A program made the translations under genes and the position numbers. Below the pieces are notes generated by a model. The model had not been told where the DNA came from, ran no database searches, and saw only the letters and a program-made list of their open reading frames with translations. Positions 27,511 to 36,635 of a stretch of 64,000 nucleotides of DNA are shown piece after piece. Origin of the DNA: Candidatus Limnocylindrales bacterium (GTDB taxonomy: Bacteria > Chloroflexota > Limnocylindria > Limnocylindrales > CSP1-4); contig DASTOB010000119.1 of NCBI GenBank assembly GCA_035720425.1, forward strand, positions 24,494-88,493, in the 5' to 3' direction. The first letter of the stretch is position 1; each line of letters starts with the position of its first letter.

Positions 27511-27986
27511 CCGCGCGTTTCGTGTCCAGCGACGATCTCGCGTCCCTGCCGCTGTTCCAGGACCTGCCGGCCGACGAGCTCGCGTCGCTGGCGGCCGTCG
27601 CGACCCGCCGCCACCTCGCCGACGGCGAAACGCTGTTCGAGGAGGGCGACCCGTCGACGACCCTGTTCCACGTCATCCGGGGAGGACTCGTGCTGCGCGC
27701 CGGCGGAGCCGACGGCGACGTCATCGTCGACACGCTCGCACCCGGGGACCTCCTCGGTTGGTCGGCCATCGGCGAGGGTGCGACGACCCTGTCGGCCGCC
27801 CGGGCGACCGGTGACACGGAGCTCATCGCGCTGCCGGTCGACCCGATCGTGCAGCTGGCGGCCGGTGGCTCTCGACGTTCCGCGCTCCTCGTCCGGCGGC
27901 TCCTCGGCATCGCGGCGGGTCACCTCCAGGCGAGCCGCCAGCAGCTGCTCCAGGTGGGACGCGAGGGCGTCATCAGCGGGGGCTGA
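27507..27986 (+). CDS. Stand-alone cyclic-nucleotide-binding domain protein (159 aa)
   Basis: The tail of ORF 26565..27986 starting MTARFVSSDDLASLPLFQDLPADELASLAA...LFEEGDPSTTLFHVIRGGL...LAPGDLLGW follows the CNB-domain pattern and has no HTH. ATGA overlap with the cinA stop. Confidence 0.75.
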   Translation: MTARFVSSDDLASLPLFQDLPADELASLAAVATRRHLADGETLFEEGDPSTTLFHVIRGGLVLRAGGADGDVIVDTLAPGDLLGWSAIGEGATTLSAARATGDTELIALPVDPIVQLAAGGSRRSALLVRRLLGIAAGHLQASRQQLLQVGREGVISGG

Positions 27987-28009
27987 CCAACCCCGCTCGA
28001 CGCTTGGAC

Positions 28010-28717
28010 TCAGCGCTTCGAGGCGCGCTGGAGCCCGTCGAGGTCGACGATGACGATCGCGTCGCGTTCGAGCCGGATGAGGCCGTCGTCCACGAACAGT
28101 CCGAGCAGCTTGTTCACGCTCTGCCGGGTGCAGCCCACCATTGACGCGAGATCGCTTTGGGTGATCGGCGCCGCGAGCCGGATCGATCCACCATCGAGAC
28201 GGCGGCCCTGCTCGTCGGCGAGGCGTGCCAGGACGGCCGCCAACCGCCCCGCGATGTCGAGGAAGTGGAGCTCCTCGACGTGGATGGTGAGGCGGCGCAG
28301 CTCGCGAGCGAGTGCCGCGAACAGCGCGTCGCGGATCGCCGGCTCGGCGGAGATGAGATCGCGGAAGCGATCGCGCGGCAGCACGAACGTCTCGGTCGGT
28401 TCGAGGGCGACTGCGGTCGCCGAGCGCGGTGCGCCGTCGAGGAGGGCGAGTTCGCCGAAGAAGTCGCCGGGCCGGAGCGTGGCGAGGATCGCTTCGTCCC
28501 CCGTCTCGGACGGCAGGGTGATCTTGACCAGCCCGCCGGCCACGATGAACAGCGCGTCTCCGGGGTCACCGAGATGGAAGATCGTCTCGCCCCGGCGAAA
28601 GCGACGCGACTTCAGGCCGTGCGCGACGCGCTCGAGGGATTCGGCCTCGAGCCCGCTGAACAGGGGCACGGCGGCCAGTGTGTCGGTAACTGCTCGCGTG
28701 TCGATCATCGGTGTCAT
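28010..28717 (-). CDS. crp: Crp/Fnr-family transcriptional regulator
   Basis: CNB domain (VPLFSGLEAESLERVA...GDPGDALFIVAGGLVKI...GDFFGELALLDGAPRSATAVA) plus a C-terminal HTH (TQSDLASMVGCTRQSVNKLL). ATG at 28717; the upstream extension is rejected. Confidence 0.9.
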   Translation of the reverse strand: MTPMIDTRAVTDTLAAVPLFSGLEAESLERVAHGLKSRRFRRGETIFHLGDPGDALFIVAGGLVKITLPSETGDEAILATLRPGDFFGELALLDGAPRSATAVALEPTETFVLPRDRFRDLISAEPAIRDALFAALARELRRLTIHVEELHFLDIAGRLAAVLARLADEQGRRLDGGSIRLAAPITQSDLASMVGCTRQSVNKLLGLFVDDGLIRLERDAIVIVDLDGLQRASKR

Positions 28718-28859
28718 CCTACCGCCGTTGCGCGAACGCAGGCCGAGGGTCGTCGGCCGGCCTGTCGGGTGTGCGACAGTCGGATCGTCGGGCGTGCGCT
28801 TTCGGACGCTTCGCCCGGGGCGGACGATCCGGCCGCTCCCATGGCAGACGGAGGTACAT

Positions 28860-29618
28860 GTGCGCCTGACGGTCCTGGGCTCCGGCACGGCTCAACCGCA
28901 GCCGGACTCGCCTGCCTCCGGGCTGCTCCTGCGCGACGGCGACGACGCGCTTCTGCTCGATTGCGGGAGCGGCGCCGTGAGCCGGCTCCAGGCGCACCTC
29001 GATCCACGCGAGCTGAGCGCCGTGATCTTCGGCCACTTCCACGGCGATCACTTCCTCGATCTCGTGCCGCTGCGCTACCTCTTCCCGTGGGCCGGACCCG
29101 TCCCCCGACACCTGCCGGTGCATGTCCCGCCCGGCGGGCGACCGCGGATCGACGCGCTCGCGACCGCGATCAGCGAGCGCGCCGGCTTCTTCGACGACGC
29201 GTTCGACGTGTGCGAGTTCGACCCTGACGGCGATCTCCGCGTCGGAGGCCTTCGCCTCGCCTTCCGCCGGGCACGTCACTACGTTCCCGCCTGGAGCCTG
29301 TCCGTGACGGACGAGTCCGGGCACCGCCTCGTCTACCTCGGCGACACGGGGCCATCCGACGCCCTCGTCGAGTTCGCCGCCGGCGCAGATCTCATGATCC
29401 TCGAATCGACGCTCGCCTCGGCCGACGAGGACGACGTCGAGCGCGGCCACCTGACCCCGACGGAGGCCATTGCCATGGCGCGCGCCGCGCGGGCGCGGAG
29501 GGCGTGGCTCGTCCACTACCCGAGCGCCCGGCGGGCGGAGATCGCGGAGGCGTGTGCGGCCGACGGCGACCTGGTCAGGCCGGCCCAACCGGGCGACGAG
29601 ATCGAGATCGGCGACTGA
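28860..29618 (+). CDS. MBL-fold metallo-hydrolase (RNase Z/PhnP-like; possible cyclic-nucleotide phosphodiesterase)
   Basis: LTVLGSGTAQP...LLLDCGSG...GHFHGDHFLDL is the HxHxDH motif. GTG at 28860 is preceded by GGAGG. Confidence 0.8.
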   Translation: MRLTVLGSGTAQPQPDSPASGLLLRDGDDALLLDCGSGAVSRLQAHLDPRELSAVIFGHFHGDHFLDLVPLRYLFPWAGPVPRHLPVHVPPGGRPRIDALATAISERAGFFDDAFDVCEFDPDGDLRVGGLRLAFRRARHYVPAWSLSVTDESGHRLVYLGDTGPSDALVEFAAGADLMILESTLASADEDDVERGHLTPTEAIAMARAARARRAWLVHYPSARRAEIAEACAADGDLVRPAQPGDEIEIGD

Positions 29619-29625
29619 GGAGCGT

Positions 29626-31710
29626 TCAGTCCGTCGGCACCGTCGCCGGTGTCGCGGATGCCAGCGCGTCGGCCGCCAGGCCCCGATAGCGATCGGCGTC
29701 CGGTCCCCCACCTAGCAGCTCCGCGGCCGAGCGCCAGAAGCCCGCGGCCTCCGCGGTCGCCCCGAGCGCGAGGGCCTGCGCCGCCGCCTCCTCGAGCAGC
29801 GGGATCGCCCGCTCGAGGTCCGCAGCCAGAGCGCGATGCTGGGCGATCCGCCCGATCGCGCCACCTGGCCGACCCTCGAGCCGGTCGGCCAGCCGGCCAT
29901 GGAGCTCCCGACGCCGGCTCGCGAGCAGCCCGGCGTAGGCAACGTCGCGGACGAGCGGGTGCCCGAATCGCCACGTCCCACCCGAGTCCACCGGCACGAT
30001 GAGCGTGCTGTCGCCGAGCCGGCCGACCAGCGCGGCATCGACTACGCCGCCGGAGAGCTCGGCCACGAGCGCAGGCTGGAACGTCATGCCGACGACCGAC
30101 GCGACATGGAGGAACTCGCGGGCATCCTCGTGGAGCGCGTCGATCCGGGCGCCGAGCAGCGACCGCAGGGTGAGCGGCACGCGACCGCCTCCGACCCCAT
30201 CGTCGAGTGGCAGCCGACCGTCGAACGCGAACCCGCTGTCCTCCAGGCTGGCCCGCAGCACCTCGCCGATGAACAGCGGGTTGCCCTCCGTTCGCTCATG
30301 CAGCCGCGCGCTGTCGCGCGGGTGGAGCGGCGTTCCGGCCAGCTCGCCGGCCAGCTGGTCCGTCTCGTCGGGATCGAGCCCGGACAGGTCGAGCCACGTC
30401 ACGTGGGGATACTTCGACCATGCGGGACGCCGGCCCGGGCGCGTGCCGATGAGGACGAGGAATCGCAGACCGGGCGCCTCGCGCACGAGCTGGTCGATCA
30501 TCGGCCGGCTCGACTGGTCTGCCCAATGCACGTCGTCGACGACGACGACGCGGGGGCCCAGGTCGGCCGATAGCCGCCGACTGTACTGGAGCGAGACCTC
30601 GAGCACGGCCGACACGACCTCCGCCGGGTCGGTCGGGGCGAGCGCGGCCTCCGCCTCCCAGCCGGAGAAGGCCGCGTCACGCGCGACGGCCGCGATCGCG
30701 CCGGCGAATCGTCGTGCCTGGTCCGGCGTGAGCTCCTCGGTGAACAGGAGACGGCGGGCGAACGCGCCGGAGTCGACGCCCTGCTCGTCGGCGATGACCT
30801 GGGCGAAGTGACGGATGAACCGATACGGCTCCCCGGTGCCGTACGACACGTTCTCCGTCCACGTCCAGGCAAATCCGGCGGAGCGCGCGTCGAGCTCGAG
30901 ATCGGCGAGCAGGCGAGACTTGCCCATGCCGGCATCGCCGGCCACCACGACGACGTGACCGCGACCGGACCGCGCGGCCTCCGCGAGGGCATCGCGCAGG
31001 ACCTGCCGTTCCGATTCCCGCCCGACGATCCGGCCACGAGGCGGCCCCCACGGACGGAGCACCGACGCATCGCCGCGCAGGCTGTACAGCCGAACCGGGC
31101 GTGACTGCCCGCGGAGCAGCTCGTAGCCGCGATCCTCGACGTCGAGGCGATCCCGCGCGGCGCGGACCGTCGCCTCGTCGAGGAGGATGTCACCCGGGCG
31201 GGCAAGGTCCTGGATCCGCGCGGCATTGACGATCGCGGGGCCGGTCAGGGACACGTCAGAGCCGGATGCTCCGGCCCGCTCGGCCGCGACCACCTCCCCG
31301 GTGGCGATCCCGATCCGGACCTGGAGCTCCTCGCCCCCGCGCGACAGCTCCGCCAGTCCCTGCCGGATGGCCGCCGCGCACAGGGCCGCCCGGAGGGCGT
31401 CGTCGTCGTGGGCCCGCGGAAAGCCAAAGACCGCGAACACGGCGTCGCCGATGAACTTCTCGACCGTGCCCTCGTAGCGGTGGACTGCTTCCGCCATCGC
31501 CGCGAGTGCGGCGTCGACGCGCTGTCGCACCTCCTCGGGATCGTGCTCGGCGATCATCCGAACGTAGTCGACGAGATCCGCGAAGAGCGCGCTGACGACC
31601 CGGCGATCCGCTCCGGGTGTCGCCCGTCCGCGCGACCGGAGCCGGGTTCCGCACTGGTTGCAGAAGCGGGCGCCGTGGCCGTTCGGCACGCCGCAGGCAG
31701 GACAGCGCAC
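29626..31710 (-). CDS. Zinc-ribbon / class III adenylate-guanylate cyclase / AAA (STAND-like) ATPase / helical-repeat protein
   Basis: MRCPACG...FCNQCG, then the cyclase core (VSALFADLVDY...EKFIGDAVFAVFG...RIGIATGEVV), then a P-loop (VVAGDAGMGKSRLL) and a C-terminal helical region. No HTH was seen. Confidence 0.9.
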   Translation of the reverse strand: MRCPACGVPNGHGARFCNQCGTRLRSRGRATPGADRRVVSALFADLVDYVRMIAEHDPEEVRQRVDAALAAMAEAVHRYEGTVEKFIGDAVFAVFGFPRAHDDDALRAALCAAAIRQGLAELSRGGEELQVRIGIATGEVVAAERAGASGSDVSLTGPAIVNAARIQDLARPGDILLDEATVRAARDRLDVEDRGYELLRGQSRPVRLYSLRGDASVLRPWGPPRGRIVGRESERQVLRDALAEAARSGRGHVVVVAGDAGMGKSRLLADLELDARSAGFAWTWTENVSYGTGEPYRFIRHFAQVIADEQGVDSGAFARRLLFTEELTPDQARRFAGAIAAVARDAAFSGWEAEAALAPTDPAEVVSAVLEVSLQYSRRLSADLGPRVVVVDDVHWADQSSRPMIDQLVREAPGLRFLVLIGTRPGRRPAWSKYPHVTWLDLSGLDPDETDQLAGELAGTPLHPRDSARLHERTEGNPLFIGEVLRASLEDSGFAFDGRLPLDDGVGGGRVPLTLRSLLGARIDALHEDAREFLHVASVVGMTFQPALVAELSGGVVDAALVGRLGDSTLIVPVDSGGTWRFGHPLVRDVAYAGLLASRRRELHGRLADRLEGRPGGAIGRIAQHRALAADLERAIPLLEEAAAQALALGATAEAAGFWRSAAELLGGGPDADRYRGLAADALASATPATVPTD

Positions 31711-31711
31711 G

Positions 31712-31733
31712 CTCCCTCCTCTCGGGGAGGGAG
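31712..31733 (-). promoter_or_regulatory. Hairpin pairing the cyclase Shine-Dalgarno (GGAGGGAG) with an upstream CUCCCUCC
   Basis: Perfect 8-bp inverted repeat ctccctcc (31712-31719) / ggagggag (31726-31733) with a 6-nt loop. The SD arm ends 1 nt before the GTG at 31710. Confidence 0.5.
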
Positions 31734-31739
31734 TTTACG

Positions 31740-32819
31740 TCACGAGATGGTCAGGACCGGCTGCTGATCGCCGGCTGCCGCCCGCACGCTCATCCGGGCG
31801 GCGACGATGCTCGCCAGGTGACTGAGGGCCCGCGCGGCCGGCCCGGGCTCGCGCTGGGCGACGGCCGGTACCCCGACGTCCCCACCCTGCCGGACGGTCA
31901 CGTCGAGCGGGACTGCGCCGAGGAACTCGAGGTCGTGCTCCGCGGCGAAGCGTTCGCCACCGCCACGGCCGAAGATCTCGGTCAACTCGCCGCAGTGCGG
32001 GCAGACGAACGCGGACATGTTCTCGACGATGCCGATGACCGGCACGCTCATCCGCCGGAGCATTGCGAGCGCCTTCGACACGTCCTGGAGGGCGACCTCC
32101 TGGGGCGTCGTAACAAGCACGGTGCCGCTGATCGGGACCGCCTGGGCGAGGGTGAGCTGGGCGTCCGACGTGCCGGGCGGCAGGTCGATGACGAGATAGT
32201 CGAGCTCGCCCCAGTCGACGTCACGCAAGAACTGCTGAATCGCCCCGCCGATGAGCGGGCCACGCCACACGATCGGCTGTCCCTCCGGGACGAAGAACTG
32301 GATCGAGATGACCTTCACACCGTGGCGTTCGAGCGGCAGGATCTTGTTGGCCGAGCTGGCCGTGGGCTGGCCGTCGACCCCGAGCATGAGCGGGATGTTG
32401 GGCCCGGTGATGTCCGCGTCGAGCAAACCGACCGATGCGCCGGATTGGGCGAGCGCGACGGCGAGGTTCACGCTCACCGTGCTCTTGCCGACACCGCCCT
32501 TGCCGGAGGCCACGGCGATGATGTTCTTGACGCCCGGCACCAGCTGCTGGGGCTGCGCCGGCGCGGCTCGGCGAACGGTCGCGCCCCACGTGATGTCGAT
32601 GCCGGTCACGCCGATCGGGTCGAGCTTGGACCGGACATCGGCCTCGATCTCGTCCTTGAGCGGGCAGGCCGGCGTGGTGAGCTCGATCGTGAACGCCACC
32701 GCGGTCCCGTCGATGCGCAAATCGCGGACCATGTTCCGGCTGATCAAGTCGCCGCCCAGCTCCGGCTCCCGCACCTGGCGAAGGGCATCGAGCACGGCGG
32801 TTTCGGGGATCGACGTCAT
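31740..32819 (-). CDS. apbC: Mrp/NBP35/ApbC-family iron-sulfur cluster carrier ATPase
   Basis: N-terminal DUF59-like domain, deviant Walker A (ASGKGGVGKST), and CPHCG cluster-binding motif. Confidence 0.9.
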   Translation of the reverse strand: MTSIPETAVLDALRQVREPELGGDLISRNMVRDLRIDGTAVAFTIELTTPACPLKDEIEADVRSKLDPIGVTGIDITWGATVRRAAPAQPQQLVPGVKNIIAVASGKGGVGKSTVSVNLAVALAQSGASVGLLDADITGPNIPLMLGVDGQPTASSANKILPLERHGVKVISIQFFVPEGQPIVWRGPLIGGAIQQFLRDVDWGELDYLVIDLPPGTSDAQLTLAQAVPISGTVLVTTPQEVALQDVSKALAMLRRMSVPVIGIVENMSAFVCPHCGELTEIFGRGGGERFAAEHDLEFLGAVPLDVTVRQGGDVGVPAVAQREPGPAARALSHLASIVAARMSVRAAAGDQQPVLTIS

Positions 32820-33061
32820 CGGCCGGGGTACCTCTCGCTGGCCTGCTCCACGCCGCGGTCACGGAGGACACGCGGCCCCGACCTTCTGACAGTCGGTGCG
32901 TCGATATCGTAGCGCGCCCCTCCCGAAGCCGCCGCGGAACGACCCGGGGCCGACGACCGAGCCGGCATCCACGCGGTCGGTTGTACGAGTCACGAAGCTG
33001 CGCCGACTCCGGTGCACGAGATTCGTCGTGCCGAGGGGATGATCGTGCGGTTCGCCGCAAG

Positions 33062-33090
33062 TTGACACTCCCGGAGCCCCATCCTATTCT
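33062..33090 (+). promoter_or_regulatory. Sigma-70-type promoter TTGACA-17-TATTCT upstream of the pot operon
   Basis: TTGACA at 33062-33067 and TATTCT at 33085-33090, read directly. About 90 nt upstream of the potA start. Confidence 0.5.
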
Positions 33091-33184
33091 CGTCCCGCCG
33101 CTGCCTGTCTCGCGGCCGACCGGCGCCGTCACCGCGCCGCGGATCCCCACTGGGGCCCTCAGGACGCAGGGAGTGCGAACGAAC

Positions 33185-34309
33185 GTGCCCGCGGTCGACG
33201 TCCGGCTCGTACAGGTTGTCAAGCGCTTCGGCGACGTCGTGGCCGTCGACCACATCGACCTCGAGGTGCGCGACGGCGAGTTCTTCAGCCTGCTCGGCCC
33301 CTCCGGCTGCGGCAAGACGACGACCCTGCGCATGATCGGCGGCTTCGAGGAGCCGACCTCCGGCCTGATCGAGCTCCAGGGTGAGGACGTGACGTGGCTT
33401 CCGCCGTATCGGCGGAACGTCAACACGGTCTTCCAGAACTACGCGCTGTTCCCGCACCTGACGATCTTCGAGAACGTCGCCTTCGGTCTCCGGCGCAAGG
33501 GCGTCGCCGACGCCGACGTGCGCACGCGCGTGGGCGAGATGCTCGAGCTCGTCGAGCTGCCGGGCTTCGAGCGCCGCCGGCCCACCCAGATCTCCGGTGG
33601 CCAGGCCCAGCGCGTCGCCCTCGCGCGGGCGCTCATCAATCGTCCGGCGGTCCTGCTCCTCGACGAGCCGCTCGGGGCCCTCGACCTCAAGCTGCGCAAG
33701 CAGATGCAGGTGGAGCTGAAGCGGATCCAGCAGGAGGTGGGGATCACGTTCGTCTACGTGACCCACGACCAGGAGGAGGCGATGACGATGTCGGATCGCA
33801 TCGCCGTCATGAATCGCGGTCGGTACGAGCAGCTCGGCGACCCGGAGAGCCTGTACGAACGCCCGGCGACGCGGTTCGTGGCGGGCTTTCTCGGGGTGAG
33901 CAACCTGCTCCCGGGGCGCATCGACGGGGCGGCCGACGACTACGCTGTGTGCCGTCTCCATGACGGCTCTCCGGTCCGGGTCCCGCGCGCCATGACGAAC
34001 GGCTCGGCGAGCATCGAGATCGGGGTCCGACCGGAGAAGATCCGGATGCACGGGCCGGGAACGACCCCGCCGCCGGGGTCCAACGAGCTGGTCGGCGTCG
34101 TCAAGGACGCCTCGTACATGGGGGTCTCGACCCAGTACATCGTCGAAACACGCCACGGAGACCGCGTTGCGGTCTACGAGCAGAACGTCGAGCGGACCGT
34201 CCACGGGTCGCTCCATCGGCCGGGTGAGGAGGTCCGCCTCAGCTGGTCGCCGGATCACACGTTCGCGGTGCCGGCCGAGGGCCCGGCGGCATCGGACGAG
34301 GTTGCCTGA
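33185..34309 (+). CDS. potA: Spermidine/putrescine-type ABC transporter ATP-binding protein
   Basis: Walker A (GPSGCGKTT), signature (LSGGQAQRVALARAL), Walker B (LLLDEP) and a PotA-like TOBE C-terminus. The start is GTG at 33185 or 33173; the listed 32981 extension is rejected. Confidence 0.85.
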   Translation: MPAVDVRLVQVVKRFGDVVAVDHIDLEVRDGEFFSLLGPSGCGKTTTLRMIGGFEEPTSGLIELQGEDVTWLPPYRRNVNTVFQNYALFPHLTIFENVAFGLRRKGVADADVRTRVGEMLELVELPGFERRRPTQISGGQAQRVALARALINRPAVLLLDEPLGALDLKLRKQMQVELKRIQQEVGITFVYVTHDQEEAMTMSDRIAVMNRGRYEQLGDPESLYERPATRFVAGFLGVSNLLPGRIDGAADDYAVCRLHDGSPVRVPRAMTNGSASIEIGVRPEKIRMHGPGTTPPPGSNELVGVVKDASYMGVSTQYIVETRHGDRVAVYEQNVERTVHGSLHRPGEEVRLSWSPDHTFAVPAEGPAASDEVA

Positions 34310-34339
34310 CGGCCGCGCCCGTCAGGTGGAGAGGAGTTC

Positions 34340-35569
34340 ATGAGCGAGCACGCGACTTCCCGCATCACGGCCGAGTTGAGTCGGCGTCGGTTCCTCCAGG
34401 GGACGACCCTTGTCGGCTTCGGGGCCTTCCTCGCCGCCTGCAGCGGCGGTTCGTCACCTTCCCCGACCGGTGCGGCTTCGCCGGCACCCGGCGACACGAC
34501 TCCGCCCTCGACCGGACCCCAGGAGCCGACCGGTCCGCTCAACTTCGCCAACTGGGATGCGTACATCGACGTCGAGGACGACGGCGTGACCTCGCCGACG
34601 CTCGTCGAATTCACCGAGACGTACGGCGTCGAAGTGAACTACGCGAATGCCCAAATCGAGGACAACGCGGGCTTCGTGGCCACGATCCGGCCCCAGCTCC
34701 AGGCCGGGGTCGATACCGGCTGGGACCTCATCGTCCTGACCGACTGGATGGCCGCCAAGATCGTCGAGGCCGGCTGGGCCGAGAAGATCGACGAGGCCAA
34801 CATCCCCGACGCGGTCGCCAACCTGCGCGACGAGCTGAAGGGCCTGCCGTGGGATCCCAACCAGGAGTACCACTACCCGTGGCAGTCCGGTGCAACCGGC
34901 ATCGGCTACAACAGCGTGTCGACCGGTCGCGAGCTGACCAAGGTGGCCGACCTGTTCGATCCGGCGTTCGCGACGAAGGTGACCCTGCTCAACGAGGTGC
35001 GCGACACACTGTCGCTCATCCACCGCATGCTCCAGGCGCAGGGTCTCGCCTCGGACAATCCGTCGGAGGAGCTGACGGTCGAGGACGCCCAGGCGGTCGT
35101 GGACTACGTCCTGCCGTTTGTCGACAGCGGGCACATCCGCGCGTTCACCGGCAACGAGTACCTGGCCGACTTCGGCACCGGGACGACGTGGGCGGCGATC
35201 GTGTGGTCCGGCGACCTCGCCTCGTCGGCCGGTCCGGACGACGTGTTCGTCTACCCGGAGGAGGGCTCGAACATCTGGACCGACAACATGCTCATCCCGA
35301 AGGGCGCCAAGAACAAGTACACCGCCGAGCTGATGATCAACTGGGTCTACGACGTCGAGCGCGCCGCGCGGCTTGCGAACTGGATCTACTACATCAGCCC
35401 GGTCAACGGCGTCGCCGACGCGATCACGGAGCTCGATCCGGAGGCCGGCGACAACCCGCTGCTGTTCCCGCCCGCTGACGTGGTGGCCAACCAGCATCCG
35501 CTTCCGAACTGGAGCGAGGCAGACGAGTCGGCCATCCTCGACCTGTTCTCGACCCTGACCGGCGAGTAA
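34340..35569 (+). CDS. potD: Polyamine-type ABC substrate-binding lipoprotein with a Tat-like signal
   Basis: SRRRFLQGTTLVGFGAFLAACSG (twin-arginine plus lipobox) and PotD/PotF-like length and composition. Confidence 0.75.
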   Translation: MSEHATSRITAELSRRRFLQGTTLVGFGAFLAACSGGSSPSPTGAASPAPGDTTPPSTGPQEPTGPLNFANWDAYIDVEDDGVTSPTLVEFTETYGVEVNYANAQIEDNAGFVATIRPQLQAGVDTGWDLIVLTDWMAAKIVEAGWAEKIDEANIPDAVANLRDELKGLPWDPNQEYHYPWQSGATGIGYNSVSTGRELTKVADLFDPAFATKVTLLNEVRDTLSLIHRMLQAQGLASDNPSEELTVEDAQAVVDYVLPFVDSGHIRAFTGNEYLADFGTGTTWAAIVWSGDLASSAGPDDVFVYPEEGSNIWTDNMLIPKGAKNKYTAELMINWVYDVERAARLANWIYYISPVNGVADAITELDPEAGDNPLLFPPADVVANQHPLPNWSEADESAILDLFSTLTGE

Positions 35570-35606
35570 CCGCCGGCGACTGACTCACGGCTGGGCGAGG
35601 GGCGCG

Positions 35607-36635
35607 ATGCGCCGGCCGCGCTGGCTGATCCCGTGGCTGCTCATGGCCCCGGGCCTGCTGTGGCTGCTCGCGTTCTTCGTCCTGCCGAACATCCAGATGG
35701 TCGCCATGTCCCTCTCGTCGGGGACGATCGGGACCGGGTTTCAGCTCACGTGGGACTTTGACAACTACGTCGGCGCATTCGGGCGGTTTCCGGACAACTT
35801 CCGGAACTCGCTCGTCTACGGCGGCCTGGCGACGCTGCTGACCTTCCTGATCGGCTACCCGCTCGCCTACGGCATCGCCGTTCGTGGCGGGCGCTACAAG
35901 AACCTGCTCCTCTTCCTCGTCATCGCCCCGTTCTTCACGAGCTTTCTCATCCGGGTCATCTCGTGGCGGATCATCCTCGGTGACAACGGCCCGATCATCG
36001 CCGTCGTCCGTGACGCGCTGTCGCTCGTGCCGGCCAACTTCTCGATCATCAACACGCCGCTCGCGGTCGTGTCCGGTCTTACCTACCAGTTCCTGCCGTT
36101 CATGGTCCTCCCGCTGTACGTGTCGCTCGAAAAGATCGATCACCGCCTCATCGAGGCCGCCCGCGACCTCTACGCCGGGCCATGGCGACGCGGCGGGCTC
36201 GTGGTGGGCGGCGCCGGCGGGGCGGCCCTCGTCGGCGTGCTCCTGTTCGCCCTCGGTTACGCGGACCCGTCGCTCGACGGCCTCGTCGGCTCTCTGCCGG
36301 CCATGGTCGTCGGTGGGCTCGCCGGCGCGGCGATCGGCTCGCTCCTCGTGTCGGAGTCGTTCGTCCGGGTCACCTTCCCCCTCAGCCTGCCCGGCGTGTT
36401 CGCCGGCTCGATCCTCGTGTTCATCCCGTCCATCGGCGACTTCGTCAACGCCGAGCTGCTCGGTAACCCGAAGACGCAGATGGTCGGCAACGTCATCCAG
36501 GGTCGCTTCCTCCAGCAGAACGACTACCCCACCGCGGCGGCGCTGTCGTTCATCCTCATGGCCGCGATCCTCGTCGCGATTGCGATCTACGCGCGCGTCC
36601 TCGGGACCGAGGAACTGACCGGGGGTCGCGCGTGA
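35607..36635 (+). CDS. potB: Polyamine-type ABC permease with a ~55-60-aa hydrophobic insertion after the EAA loop
   Basis: LEKIDHRLIEAARDLYAG ... FVRVTFPLSLPGVFAGSILVFIPSIGDFV. E. coli PotB has only ~5 aa between these two blocks. Confidence 0.8.
   Translation: MRRPRWLIPWLLMAPGLLWLLAFFVLPNIQMVAMSLSSGTIGTGFQLTWDFDNYVGAFGRFPDNFRNSLVYGGLATLLTFLIGYPLAYGIAVRGGRYKNLLLFLVIAPFFTSFLIRVISWRIILGDNGPIIAVVRDALSLVPANFSIINTPLAVVSGLTYQFLPFMVLPLYVSLEKIDHRLIEAARDLYAGPWRRGGLVVGGAGGAALVGVLLFALGYADPSLDGLVGSLPAMVVGGLAGAAIGSLLVSESFVRVTFPLSLPGVFAGSILVFIPSIGDFVNAELLGNPKTQMVGNVIQGRFLQQNDYPTAAALSFILMAAILVAIAIYARVLGTEELTGGRA

Noticed and set aside
28718-28859. A CRP/GlxR-type TGTGA-N6-TCACA box in the crp/MBL divergent promoter region.
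   Set aside because: Only a left half-site-like TGTGC (gggtgtgcgacagtcgg) is present, and the right half does not match. This is not enough to call a site by eye.
32820-33061. A riboswitch or ncRNA in the 365-nt mrp/potA divergent intergenic region.
   Set aside because: I found a good promoter (33062-33090) but no conserved riboswitch core, terminator or convincing extended helices. The region is left unannotated.
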